Assembly: GCA_036172245.1 (NCBI GenBank)
Contig: JAYWIR010000003.1
Coordinates: 3,596,001 to 3,660,000, forward strand
Direction of reading: 5' to 3'
Origin: Raillietiella orientalis
Lineage: Eukaryota
DNA length: 64,000 bases
Below the pieces are notes generated by a model. That model was not told the origin of the DNA. It made no database searches and saw nothing but the letters and a program-made list of their open reading frames with translations. The position numbers and the translations under genes are program-made. Of the stretch, positions 26,340 through 37,780 are shown piece by piece; within the stretch, counting starts at the first letter, position 1, and each line of letters opens with the position of its first letter.

Positions 26340-27452
26340 CTTGGACGCATGGCCACACTTGCCAAGGAGAACGGCTGGATGGTATGCAGCCCCGCCAACT
26401 CCTCCGCATGGCTGGAGGAATCTGTTGGAACGTGGGCGAAGTTAAATGCCCAAAGAAGTGACAGCTGGAACTGCCTGCGATTTGGGTCCTACGCCCGCTG
26501 CGCCCTGCGGACCATTCTGAAGTGTCCTGCAAGGAGCACATGGGCGGAGACCACCCCTTTAGCTACGGCGCTGCCCTTCCTACGGAGGGCCCTCGTCAGC
26601 GGCCGGACACCGAAGTGGCAAGTCTCCTGTCGGATCGCGGGCAGAGAGAAGATGAGCGGTTGGACCATGGGAGAGTTGTCAGATGCCACGACCCCGAGTG
26701 TCCTTCCGCGTGGACTTTTGCGATGGGGCGAGCTGCTCGGCATCCCCACAAATGACCTGAAGTGGCCCCCGGTATCGGATGGTTCCAGGATCCTCCCCCT
26801 CAAGTGGCAAGAGTCGGCGCCCCTGTTGTTGCATTGGGGTCTACCCTGCAACACCCTCCGCTTCCAGTGGACGAGGGGGAGAGTAAACCCTGAGTGTGCC
26901 AGGTGTGGGGAGCGGGAGTCCCTCCTCCACCTGACAGTTGACTGTCCTGCCCTCCGGCCCCTGTGGGAACTTTTCGAAACGATCCTTGGGATACCGGTTG
27001 GCGGCAACCTTAGAGACGTTTACCGCCTTCTCTTCGTGCGGGACGCCCTGGAGCCAGCCGCAGCCCTGGCAGCACTTTGCTGCATCGATGGGATTGTAGC
27101 GGCCTGGAGTGAAGCCGAAGATGAAGACGCCAACGAGAGGGACGTCATCCCGTATGCTGCTCGCTTCCTGCAGAGAGCTACTGGATGGCCCCAGCTGGGT
27201 GAACTAAAGAAGGACCTCAAGGACATCCTGCGAAGCATGTGGTCAGTGATCTTTCCCCCGCCTTCCAAATTCTTTTTTTTTGTCTTATTGTTTTATTTTT
27301 CTTTTTGTTTTTTCCCCCATCCCTTCCACTGCCGAGGAGAGTCACGCTGGTCTGCGTCCCGGCAGGTCCGGCGAAATGTTGTCCGTTAGTGGGGCATTGT
27401 ACCACGTTTTGTTATGACTTCTGAAAGAGTTTGAATAAACGTCCTGGTGTAT
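26340..27452 (+). mobile_element. 5'-truncated Tx1/L1-like LINE: ORF2 C-terminus with zf-RVT CCHC knuckle plus 3'UTR (copy B)
   Basis: ORF 26349 contains GLPCN...CARCGERESLLHLTVDCPALRPLW (C-x2-C-x7-H-x4-C). It is followed by a T-rich tract and AATAAACGTCCTGGTGTAT (27434-27452). It is clearly homologous to the copies at 13.3-13.85 kb and 40.2-41.5 kb. Confidence 0.8.
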
Positions 27453-27929
27453 CCGAGTGGCATCGCCCCTCCTCCTTTTGCACGCCGCCAGCAGGAATCC
27501 TCGGTCGCCGGTGACTTGCAGCAGCAGCGGCTCCATCTTCAAAGACGTCAATAGAAAAGATAGGGGGAGGAAAGCGCGTGTCCTCTTCCTAGCATTCCCT
27601 TTGTTCCTACCTCCCCAGCACCTAGCATTGCTCCCTTGCGCTTCGCAGCGGGCAGAGACAGTTGCAGAGGACGGGGTCAGCCTCGAGCCGGAAGAACCGA
27701 AGGGCACACCCCGGATGGCGGCAGCCTCCGAGTGCCCTTGACTCGCCACGCCGCTGCTGCCACCTGCCTGGCGGATGGTGCTCGTGGAGTTCCCTGCACC
27801 CTTCCTTCTCTCCGCCAGCCGCGCTTTTCCGGCCTTCTTCAGGCGAGCGGGAGGCGCAAAGAAGAAACGCGGAAGGAGGACAACTCGACCCCCACCGATC
27901 TTCCGCTTGCCCTCGAGGTAGGCTGAAGG

Positions 27930-28720
27930 CGGGCACCATGGATCGCAACGAGATGCTGCATCCGCTCCAGGGTGACAGTCCGCCATATGTCGGAGTCACA
28001 TGGCAGTCCTCACGCTCGCAGCGAAGGGTCACCAGCATACCAACCGCCTTCACAAGGATGGCTGCAAGTTGGCCTTAACTGCAAGAAGTCTCCAGGGAGG
28101 TCGCCACCATACACAGCTGCTTCTAGAAAGAAAGGAACGATTAAAGACCAAAACCTCTGTCCCCATCTTCCCGTCTTTTTTTAATTCATTCATTATCCCT
28201 CCCTCCATTCGCTACTTGGAAGCCGGTCTGCGTGCCGGTGGTCATCCCCAGTGACCTTCTAGTTCTTTTTGGCATCTCCTGCATTCAAGGGACACCGCCC
28301 CTTCTGACTTGTTTCTTTTTTTAAATAAATGTTCCGGAATTGCCAGGTGAAAATCTCCTGCTTACTCACCTTCCACATTTCAAGGTCTCAACGCTTCCTC
28401 CTTCCTCCTCCTCCCTTCTTCCTCCTTCTCTCTTTCTTCTCCCTTCTTACTCCTCTTCCTATCATCATCCTCTTTTCCTCCTCTTCCTCCTTTCTTCTTT
28501 TCGATTCCACTTTTTCTGTAGCTCCTCCATGAACGATCCGATATGCCGGAGGCCTTCGGGCGTGCATCCTCCAAGGAACGGCCATATCTTCGGTCACGAA
28601 GGACAAGAGATCCACCATCCTCTTCCGCGTTTCTAAGGGCTTAAGAAGAGGTCCGAAATCAGCATCCCGAGAAGATTCCCTTGCAACCCGTGGCTTCGAG
28701 CATTCCTCGGAGAGTCGCTG
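27930..28720 (+). mobile_element. Two short LINE RT fragments
   Basis: 27960-28060 reads DSPPYVGVTWQSS (cf. SFKYLGVTLQS). 28540-28700 reads STILFRVSKGLRRG (cf. FxVxxGLRQG). The two are separated by a CT-rich tract. Confidence 0.3.
28395..28530. repeat. Polypyrimidine (CTT/CCT) degenerate simple repeat; similar tracts at 17225-17340, 23250-23360, 30060-30215, 33000-33150 and 61080-61220
   Basis: Runs of more than 100 nt that are almost purely pyrimidine or purine, built from CCT/CTT (GAG/GAA) triplets. Confidence 0.8.
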
Positions 28721-29571
28721 GGACGAGGGTCCACCCGTGCATCCGCGTCTTTCCCTCGGAGGAGGCGCGAACATGCCGCGCGCATCCGCCTGAGGGCAGG
28801 GTTAGGGGAGACGCTTTGGCGTCCGGCACGCCCGCGCCGTTTGTCTCTCCCTGCCCTTTCTACCCTTCTTTTTTCCGCGCCAAAGTGAAGCCAGCTTATG
28901 GGGCGGGTGCCTTCGGGACCACGGGGAACGCCGGACTGTCCTGGGGCTTCCCTTTCCGCCTCCTCCTCGCCCTTCTCTGCCCGTTCCTTGAGCCACGTGC
29001 ACAACAGCCTTTTCCTCCTGGATCCCCGAGCTGGCCCTCCCTGAAGTCTTTTCATCCTGCCAAGGAATCTTCTCGACTGCCCCTTCTTCCTGACTCTCCC
29101 CATTCCTCCTTCATCCTCTACCAGGTGGTCCGCCGGCCGCCCGGACGTGGTCCGCTCTCGCGCTCTTTTTGGCGGGCGGAGACTGCGGCGGCAGACCGAG
29201 CGAGCCTCCCGCCCTGCCCCCTCGCATCCCAACCTAACGCGCCCGAGGGAATGCCGGTGGCGGTCGCCGATCCTTCGCTGAGCCCTGCAGCCTCCGGAGA
29301 GAGCCACCGACTTGCCTGAAGAGAAGAGGGGAGCAGCGGGCCGAGTCTCGCCTTGCGGTTCCCGAAGGCTGCCGCATCCCGCAAACCTGCGTTACCACGG
29401 CAACGGTGAGATCACGAGGGCAGGTTTCCGAGAGGACTTCGGGGTGCGTGGGACGGCAGGGGGCGCGCCGAAGGAGAGGAGGGGGGGGGGAAGGGATGAA
29501 GAAGAACTGCCGAGGTGCGTGCTGCGCTCCCGCGAATGCGGCGAATCCGCGTGCAAAGTGCCATCCCACTA

Positions 29572-29594
29572 GCACGCACGCACGCACGCACGCA
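29572..29594 (+). repeat. (GCAC)n microsatellite
   Basis: GCACGCACGCACGCACGCACGCA. Confidence 0.85.
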
Positions 29595-32500
29595 GACCGG
29601 TGAGGGGAACTGAAGGAAAGGGTGGCGGCGTGGAGGGAAGCGGAGGAGAGGGGGCGTGGTCCACGCGCACGCGACAGCCGTAAGGCACGCCCACTTGGCG
29701 CCCCAGGGTCACCTCTTCCTCCCTGCCAGGACCGGAGGGAAGAAGACTCAGCACCCGTCCGGTACGCAGGGAGGAGTCCTGTCCGACGGCCGCACCCCGT
29801 TTCCGTTGGGGAGAGCGGGGACGCGTTCCCGACTCTGCCCCTGCTGCGCGCCTCGTCCTCCCCTGATTCCAAGGAGAAAGGTGGAGGAAGGAAAGTGGCT
29901 TTCCCGGGAGAGCAGGCAGCTTTCGGGAGCGGCCTCCGTACCCTCGCGAGAGGATAGGGAACCCGCCAGTCCGTCGTCGCGTGCCCCGAGGCGAAAAGGC
30001 GGCGAGGGAAGGGCGGATCCCAGGAGTGAGTTGGTGTGAGTTGGCTTCCCGAGGCAGGGATAGAAGAAGAGCAAAGGATATGGATATGGGAGAGCAATGG
30101 GGAGAAGAAGAAGGAAGGGGGAGGAGGAGAAGGATGGGAAGAGCAAGAGGAGGAAAAAGGAGGAGAGAAGGAGGAAGAAATGAGGAAGAGGAAGGGAGAG
30201 AAGGTGGAGAAGGAGAAGTGCGACGTCCACCCCATTTCACCAGTGCTTCCGTCCCTGGGCGCTCGGGCTTCGGCGCGGACTTAAGGTCTCCTTGGAAGGA
30301 TAGGAACGGGAAGAAAGGATGATGCTCGTCCTCCCTTTCACCCGCTTCCCTCTCCTGCGTGCGCCCGCTGCAGAAAGGACCCGACGACCCGCGGCGACGC
30401 GTGCGGCGGCTGCGGCGGCGCCCGGAGCGCCTTCGATTGGGGCGGAGGGAGCGGAGCGGGAGGAGGAGGAAGAGCCGCAGATGCCGGCGCCGCAGCCAGG
30501 AGATTCCCAGTACCCGCACGGGATCCGTGGGCGCCTGGACGCGTTCCCGGAAAGCTGCGCGATCTGCTGGAACGATGCCACTGGGAGGAAGCGCCCGGAT
30601 CACAGCAGCGCCGTCTGGCGGAGCACAGCACCCCGGAGGCGCGCGGTAGTTCCGCGCAGACGGCCGTCCCGACCCGTGGTAAGGAAGGCGGGGCGCGACA
30701 GAGGGATGGAATGGAGGGGGAGGGAGGGGGTAGGAGAGTTCAAGTGTGCCCCCCTCGGGGTATCCAGGAGCGCGCGCGAGAGCTGCCCGCCTGCCCAGAC
30801 CACCTCTCCGTCTTGCAACCTCAGCCCCAAGCGCACACCCCTCCGAAGCTCTACCGACGTCCCTCCTTTTCCTTTTCTTGTGGACATCTGAGGGGTCTCC
30901 AGTCGTCGGCTAAGAAGGGAGGTTCTTGCGGACCCTATTTCTCATCTCCAGAAAGTTTCAAGGGAGGAGGAGGTCCCTGGGTCTTTGCGCCCCACTGGGG
31001 GACCCGGCACGCGGACCCCGGAGAGGAGCATCGCGATGGGAAGCTGCCATTCCGGGAGATAGGGCGGATGGGCGCTTCCGAGGGAAAGCTCCGATGGTCA
31101 GGAGCACGTGTCCCCAGGTGCTGAAGGCGCAAGAAAAACGGCAGAGGGAGGGGACTCACTCAGAGGAGCTCCCTCCTCCCTTCCGGATCCCTCCTCGCGT
31201 TCCCGGCAGGATTCCCTCCCTGGAGGATCCCCCTCTTCCAGGTCTCCTGTCACGGCGCTCGGGTCACCCGGTGCTTGTAGTGCAGGTCCCTGGATTGAGA
31301 GGACGTCCTCCAAGCGCGGTCGGGCAGAAACGGAAGGTCCTGGACCGGGAGCGGTTTGAGCTGCGAGACATCAGCCTTCAGGAGGGAAGGGTAGGGAAGA
31401 AGAGTGAGGGATGCATCTGGGAAAACACCTGAGAGAGAGTGAGCCCAGGTCTCTCCAGGAGAGCGGGATTTCCTCGTCAGCCGTCGTGGGCGCCCTCCGG
31501 TTGCGGGAGGGACGCGTTCGGCGCGGGATGGAAGCATCGAAGGGTGGGACTCGTGCATGCCTCCGGAAGGAAGAGGATGGGAAAGCGAGTGAACCCATGC
31601 GGGGCCTGTCTCCGTCACCGCCGGGAGTGAGCAGGATCACTTCCTCCCGCGATCCGGTCGGGAGCAGCCACAGGCAAAACACGACCGTTCTTCCTCCTCC
31701 CTCTCCTTTTCGCTTTCCTTTCCCCCCCGCCCTCAGCACTTAGCCAGACTCAGAGAATCGCACTGAGGAGGGAGAGCAGGAGAACCGGGGACGAAGAGGA
31801 AGTGGAAGGGGTTTGCAGGATTCCTCTGGGTGGGTTCCGGTATCGTGGGCAGAAGAGAGGGGCGCGTGCTGCCAGCTGACTGCCGCGGTCCACAGCTGAG
31901 GAGCATCGTGATGGGAAGCCGCCGTTCCGAGAGACTGGAGCGGATGGGCGCTCCGCGGTCTACAGAGGATCTCCCAGCGCACCAGGAACATGGCGCTGCC
32001 CGCGATTCCTTTCCGCCCTCCATCTCCCTACGAAGGTGACGGCAGGGGCGCCTGGAAAGGTGTAAGAAGAGGAGAGGGCGGAGTCCCCGCGCGGACAACG
32101 GGAGGGAGAGCAATTAGGGTCGTCCTGCAAGTGGCAGAGTTTCAGGCACTGTCCAGCCGGCGCCCTCACGCTCCCTTATTCCCCCTCTCTCTCCTCCCCT
32201 ACTCCACCTAGTTTCCTATAAGCGAACAGATCATTTCTCTTTCCCATCGGGAGATCCAGGGACGCGCGCTCGCCTGCAGGAGAGCCCCCGCTCCGCGCCG
32301 GGTAGGGTCATGCTCGCTCGCCAGTCTCTCCCTTTGACAGCCCAGCTGATTTTCCCGGTAACTGGGACCCCTTCCGGTTCTTTTAAGCGCCCTCCTTAGG
32401 GACGAGCCGGAATTGTTTAGTGCGACTCATGGGAGACGGGGAGCCACAGATAGGAAATCCCCATCCTGCCTGCTCCTTCGCCTGAGACTTTCCGATCCCC

Positions 32501-35146
32501 TACACGTCCCAGGCTTAAGCGGACGGGTGCTCTTCTGGAACTCGCGGGGACCCAAGAATTACGTTCCATGGGAACGCACCCGCACGCCGCTCGGGGGTCT
32601 CTCACCTGCATGCGCTACCACTCCACGCAGCCCTGCGGTCTGCTGGGGTTCCTGCCTCTGTTGGCACCGGCGGTGAGGCGGCGCCGAAGGGTCTTACGGG
32701 AGTTCCGAACGTTGAGAATCCTGATGAATGTCCTCATTCTCTTTCACCCCTCTCTTGCCCTCCTCGGGGACCAACGAAGACCTGTGAAGGGAAGAGTGAG
32801 GGGCCGGACGTCCCTTGCTGACTTAGGGCCAAGTCAGTAAGTCTCCAAGCCGCGTAGTTAGCCCTCGGCTGCAGTGTCCTCTGCGCCGCTACTCTAGCTG
32901 CTTCCTTTCCCCTTGCCAAGACGATTCTTCAAGAGAGGTGTCCTTGACTATCACCCCCTCTCGCACTCTCCGGGCGAGTTACTTCGGAGACAGCTTTTCC
33001 CTTCTCCCTTCTCCCTTCGTTCCTCTTCCCTTTCTCATCAACATCCTCCACTTCCACCCCTCTCTTCTTCCTCTTTCTCTTTTTCCTTCCTTCCTTCTTC
33101 TTGTTCCTCTTCTTCTTCCCTTCCTTTTCTTTTCACCTCCTTTCCCCTCCTCAATGTCAGCGCTACCTTCGGAGAGCGTCCTTGCACCTTTTGCAGGCGG
33201 CAACTCCGGAGAGCTCCTTCCAGGATCCGGGATCCACTAGGCTCAGCGAGAGCTATTAAGACGTCATCGCCGTTCCCTCCGTCGCAGGGTCCCTTTTCTC
33301 GAGAGGCCGGCGAGTGCCTCCGGCCACCGCCTGGACTTCGAGGATCCCGACTCCCATCCGGATCCTCTGTCCCTATCCCGAGAATGTCTGATTCCCTAAC
33401 GTCACTCTCCAGCGGTTTCTTTCCATCTTCCTTGCAGGTGGCGCTCGCTCGGGGGGCGCAGGGAAGGGCGGAGTCATCCGTCTCTCCTTGCCGCTGGACC
33501 GCTCTCGAGCCCTCTTCCACTGCCAAGAGAGAGGAAAGAAGGAGGGCTTCCCTTCCGGGAATGGGAAGTCCTGAGGCTACCTCAAGGGTGGTCGAGAGGG
33601 AGTCGCCGGAGACTTCTCCTCCGCTTCTGTCGTACCCGGTGGGTTCCGACGGCTGCCCCCAAGCAAGCGGACGCAATTTTCTGGTCGGCGGGCGACATGA
33701 GTGAGACGCAACCGTCCAGAGGAACGAGCTCCTTACCCTTTCGTACCCCTATCACCTTTCTCTCCCTCCTCTCACCCTATCTTCTATCGTGCCCTCCAGA
33801 CCAGCAGGCGTTTCCGTAGCCCCCCAGTCGCCCTTGGCTGATGATGAGCTCAAGGAGGAAGAGGGAGCTGTTCCTGCCCACCGACCTCTCCCACCTTCCC
33901 TTCCCTACGCGCCAGCGCGGGACAGCCTCTCTGCCGACACGAAGGATGTCTGGTCCCTCTGCATCCCCGGGCGGAAGTTCGCGTGGGAGTGAAATGTGCG
34001 GAAGCGCTCCGGGAACCGATCGAACCGTCCGTCATTATCCCAGGGGTCGCGAGCAGCTCCAACCTCTCCTTCAATTCACCTTCCTCTTCTCCCTCATCTC
34101 CAAAGACCGCGTGGAAGGAAGCAGGCGGGGTTAGGGGAGGGGAAGAGGAGGACGCTTGGAGGCAGCCGCTCTGGAGGAGGGCGAGCCCAAACTGGTCTTC
34201 CCTGAACAGGCGGATAGAGGATAGAAGTCACCCAGAAGCGAGGGAAAGTCGGCGGACGCTCACTCCGGGTGGCCGGCGAGCATCCGGATAGCGTGGGTTC
34301 ACGAGGTCTCTTCCCGAGGGCAGGACGGAAAAGGGAAGCCAGGTGGGGAGGGGGCAGCTGAAGGGGGTCAAAGTCGGCATTCCTCTTCCTTCCCCGTCAC
34401 CCGAGGGATCTCCCGAGTCCCTTTTTGGAGCAGGAGGAGGGGCACCACCTGCTCTGCTCCGGTTCCCCTCTGCCCCATGGCTCCTTGTACCGCTCCCGAG
34501 AGGAAAAGGAGGGCGCGAGGTGTCTCCAGGGTGCCAAAGATGCCGGTCGGAGCGCGTTCCGATCTCCCGGTGGCAGCTGGCGGGTCCGCTGCGGTCGTTT
34601 CAAGGCGATTCTGGTAAAGCTGAGGTGGCGCAATCTCTCGACAGACTTACGAACTCATCCTTCCCTCTTCCTCTTCTACCTTCCCCCCTCCCACTTGTTT
34701 TTTTTTTTTTCCTGCCCCGATCTTCTCCCGACGGCAGACCTCCCCTCGCGTTTCCTCCCGCTGGAGCAGGACACCCAACCCTGGCAGGTCTGGAGGCGAG
34801 GCAGCTCCTTTGACCTCTCCCAGGTTCTGCCTGTCTCTGAGCCTCCTCCTTCCCCCCCAGCGGAGGGGAGCAGGAGCAGACGACAAGGAGGGGGGGGGAG
34901 GAGTTAGGGGTCGCGCTCTCCCCATCTCTTCCTCCTCCTCCGTTCCTGCTCTTCCCCAGAATAAGAACAAGAGGAAAACCCTCTCTTTCCGAGTACGTGA
35001 GAGAGAGCGCTCCCGCCCGGGAGCGATCGCGGGCTGCCTGGGACCGTCCTGGGATACCTCGGGAATGGGTACGCTCCAGCGGCAGTCCCCAAATCGATGA
35101 CGGAAGGGATCCCGCTCGGGATTCGCGTTCGTTGCCGGAGCCGCTC

Positions 35147-35160
35147 GTGACGTCACTTCC
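35147..35160. promoter_or_regulatory. Palindromic CRE-like site (GTGACGTCAC) abutting an ETS-like ACTTCC, about 0.9 kb upstream of the LRR ATG
   Basis: The motif is seen directly; a regulatory function is inferred only from its position. Confidence 0.25.
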
Positions 35161-36022
35161 CGTCCTCCTCCTCCTCCGGCGACCTTCCTGCGGCCTTTCC
35201 CAAATCGACGACGGCGGCGGCAGCGGCGGCGGTAGCGAAGGGCAGGGACGGATGATGCTCGCACTGGAGGTTCACCCTGGGAAGGAAGGAGAGGAGGGAA
35301 GCGCACACGGTCGCCCTCCGCTCCACCTACCCGCTCTGTTAACCGCGGTTACGGCCGAGCGCGCTCGCCGGAATCTTCTGCAGCCTCGGTACCCTGGCGG
35401 AACCCACGAGCATCGATTCGAAGGTTTCTCCCGCTGCGCACTCCCTGTCCCGTCGCTCCCGATGTCGCGGCAGCCCGAGCCAGGAAGTAGGTCACCTTGC
35501 GGGGAAGCGCTCGCTACTGGGTAACTGGGGCAACGGGAGAACTGAGGGTTGCCGCGATGCGGGAAAAAGGGGGAAGGGAGGGGAGGAGGAAGGAGGTGAA
35601 GCATGGTGGGGGACGGAGCAGCTGGCGCGTCCATCCGTCCTCCCTTCCGGCTGCTTCTGCGCCGTCCCACTTCCGGACCTGGACCGCGGAGGGAAGCCAC
35701 AGCTATCCCCTGGGCAGCTCGGGAGAACTGGTGGGGGGTGGACGGACCACGCGCCTCCCCAGTGAGGCTGGGTCGGCTGGTTGAGACGGGATAAGCTTCC
35801 CTGTCGCCTGTGGAGGCGGTGGCGGTAGAGCGGATCTCTGAAGAGGTGAGATCTTTCGGGATCTACGAGGCCGTTGGTCGCGGTAGACCTTCCCACAACC
35901 CCCTCCCCCAACCTCCACCCTCCTCTCTTTCGAGGTCATCACCTCTTCTCTCCAATTCTGTCGTTCCAGAATCCCAAGCGCTGCCGCAGCCCGCCTCCAG
36001 CAAAGGCTCCCGGACCGTCCCA

Positions 36023-37780
36023 ATGGCGTCTCTTCTCGGAGTTCTGGCCGTATGGGCCGAGGTGGCTCTGTGGGCGCGGGGGACCTGCCCCTCTCGGTGC
36101 CGCTGCCAGAAGGACATCTACGGCCGGAGGGAGATGCGGTGCGCCGAAGGAGGGTTGTACAGCCTGGAGGCGCTGCTGAAGGAGGACGAATCCAGGGAGA
36201 GCGAGGTCATCTCGGTGGAGCCACCCAGGAACTACGAGAACCACCTGCGGCTGTCCGGTGTCTTCCGGTCCTACGAGAATCTCACGGAGCTGCGACTGGT
36301 GCGCTCCAACGTGGCGACCCTCGATCAGGAGAACTTCCTGAAGATGGGGAAGCTGCGTGTGCTGGACCTGAGCTTCAACCGCATCTCGCTGCTGACGCCG
36401 TCCAGCTTCCGGGGGTTGTCGGGCCTGGAGGCCCTCTACGTAGACCACAACCGCATCGAGAGCCTCCCCCACGGGGTCTTCCAGCATCTGAGCAACCTCA
36501 AGGTGCTGTCGCTGGTCGGCAACCTCCTGCGGGAGCTGCCGCCGCGCTCCCTATCCGGCCTGGGGATGCTGCACAGCCTGGACCTCAGCGAGAACGAGCT
36601 GCGCAAGCTGGACCCGGATGTGCTGGAGGACGCGCGCGGGTTGCGGTACCTGCGCTGCCGTCGCTGCGGCCTGGCGCGGGTCAATCAGACCAGCATCCGC
36701 TACGAAGGGAGGAACCGCGTCAGGCGGCTGGTGCTCTTCCGCACACTGCCCGACCTCGAGGAGGTCGACTTCCGCGACAATCGCATCGACCGCCTGGAGG
36801 TGGCGCAGTTCCTCGGGCTGCGCCAGCTGCGCGTAGTGCGCCTGGACGGTAACTCCATCGCCTCGCTGCCCGGGGACTGCTTCCGGGGTAGCGACCTCAT
36901 CCTGGCAGGACTCAGCCGCAACGGCCTCCGGGAGATGTCGCCGCGCGCCTTCGCGGGCTCCAAGCTCTGGCAGCTGGACGTCTCCTACAACAACCTCTCG
37001 CGTCTGGGCGCCGAGTCCCTGGCGTCGGCGGCCCCGGACCTACGAAGTCTCACCCTAGAAGGCAACGCCCTGTCCCTGGACAGCATCAAGTCCTCCCTGG
37101 CCCCCCTGAGTGGCCTCCTGGAGCTCAACCTCGCCAACATGCGCCTCACCTGCCTGGACGACGATCTGCTTAAGGACCTCGCCGCCCTGCGCCTCCTCAA
37201 CATCTCGCGCAACGACTTCAAGGAGATTCCCGCGGGACTGCTGGCCAACCTGAAGGGTATGCGCGTCCTAGACGCCTCCCACAACAGGTTGCGAGGCATC
37301 GGCGAGGGTCTGCTGAGGCAGATCCGAGCTGTGGACCACGTCCACCTCGAGGGCAACACCTGGGTGTGTGACCAGTGCCACGTGGGCGCCCTCCTGCCGT
37401 GGCTGCGGACCAACCGCTTGTACGCCAACGCCTGCATGGACCTGGGCAACGCCAGCTGCCTCAAATGCGCCGCTCCCTACTCCCTGAAAGGATACGCGCT
37501 GCAGCTGCTGGACCAGAACGACCTGGGCCCGTGCATCGAGACAGTGGGGGAGATCGAGGAGTTGACGTACCCCTCGCAAGTGGGTACCGCCCTCGCCTGC
37601 GTCCTGGTCGCCCTCCTCCTCGCCGTGCTGGTCGCTCTCTTCCTGCTGTACAACCGGCACGCTGCCCACTACTACACCCACGAGGAGGCTCCCGACGGGG
37701 GCAAGATCTCCACCATCGACGAGATGCCGCCCGCGACGAAGGACGTCGTCCTCCACTTCAACGGAGCCAACCGCCAGTGA
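36023..37780 (+). CDS. Leucine-rich repeat single-pass transmembrane protein (585 aa; resembles arthropod reduced-ocelli/IGFALS-like LRR proteins)
   Basis: ATG at 36023 (Met72 of ORF 35810..37780) is followed by a signal peptide MASLLGVLAVWAEVALWARG and an LRRNT cap (CPSRCRC...EMRC). About 15 LxxLxLxxN repeats follow (e.g. LRVLDLSFNRI, LHSLDLSENEL, LRVVRLDGNSI), then an LRRCT (LEGNTWVCDQCH...CLKCAAP...C), a TM helix (LACVLVALLLAVLVALFLLY) and a short tail. Third codon positions are strongly G/C-biased. A probable 5'UTR intron lies at 35846-35969 (GTGAGA...TTCCAG). The rdo-like label is from memory only. Confidence 0.93.
   Translation: MASLLGVLAVWAEVALWARGTCPSRCRCQKDIYGRREMRCAEGGLYSLEALLKEDESRESEVISVEPPRNYENHLRLSGVFRSYENLTELRLVRSNVATLDQENFLKMGKLRVLDLSFNRISLLTPSSFRGLSGLEALYVDHNRIESLPHGVFQHLSNLKVLSLVGNLLRELPPRSLSGLGMLHSLDLSENELRKLDPDVLEDARGLRYLRCRRCGLARVNQTSIRYEGRNRVRRLVLFRTLPDLEEVDFRDNRIDRLEVAQFLGLRQLRVVRLDGNSIASLPGDCFRGSDLILAGLSRNGLREMSPRAFAGSKLWQLDVSYNNLSRLGAESLASAAPDLRSLTLEGNALSLDSIKSSLAPLSGLLELNLANMRLTCLDDDLLKDLAALRLLNISRNDFKEIPAGLLANLKGMRVLDASHNRLRGIGEGLLRQIRAVDHVHLEGNTWVCDQCHVGALLPWLRTNRLYANACMDLGNASCLKCAAPYSLKGYALQLLDQNDLGPCIETVGEIEELTYPSQVGTALACVLVALLLAVLVALFLLYNRHAAHYYTHEEAPDGGKISTIDEMPPATKDVVLHFNGANRQ

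Noticed and set aside
35810..36022. 71-aa N-terminal extension of the LRR ORF from a GTG start
   Set aside because: The gene is eukaryotic, the signal peptide starts at ATG 36023, and the extension spans a likely 124-nt UTR intron.
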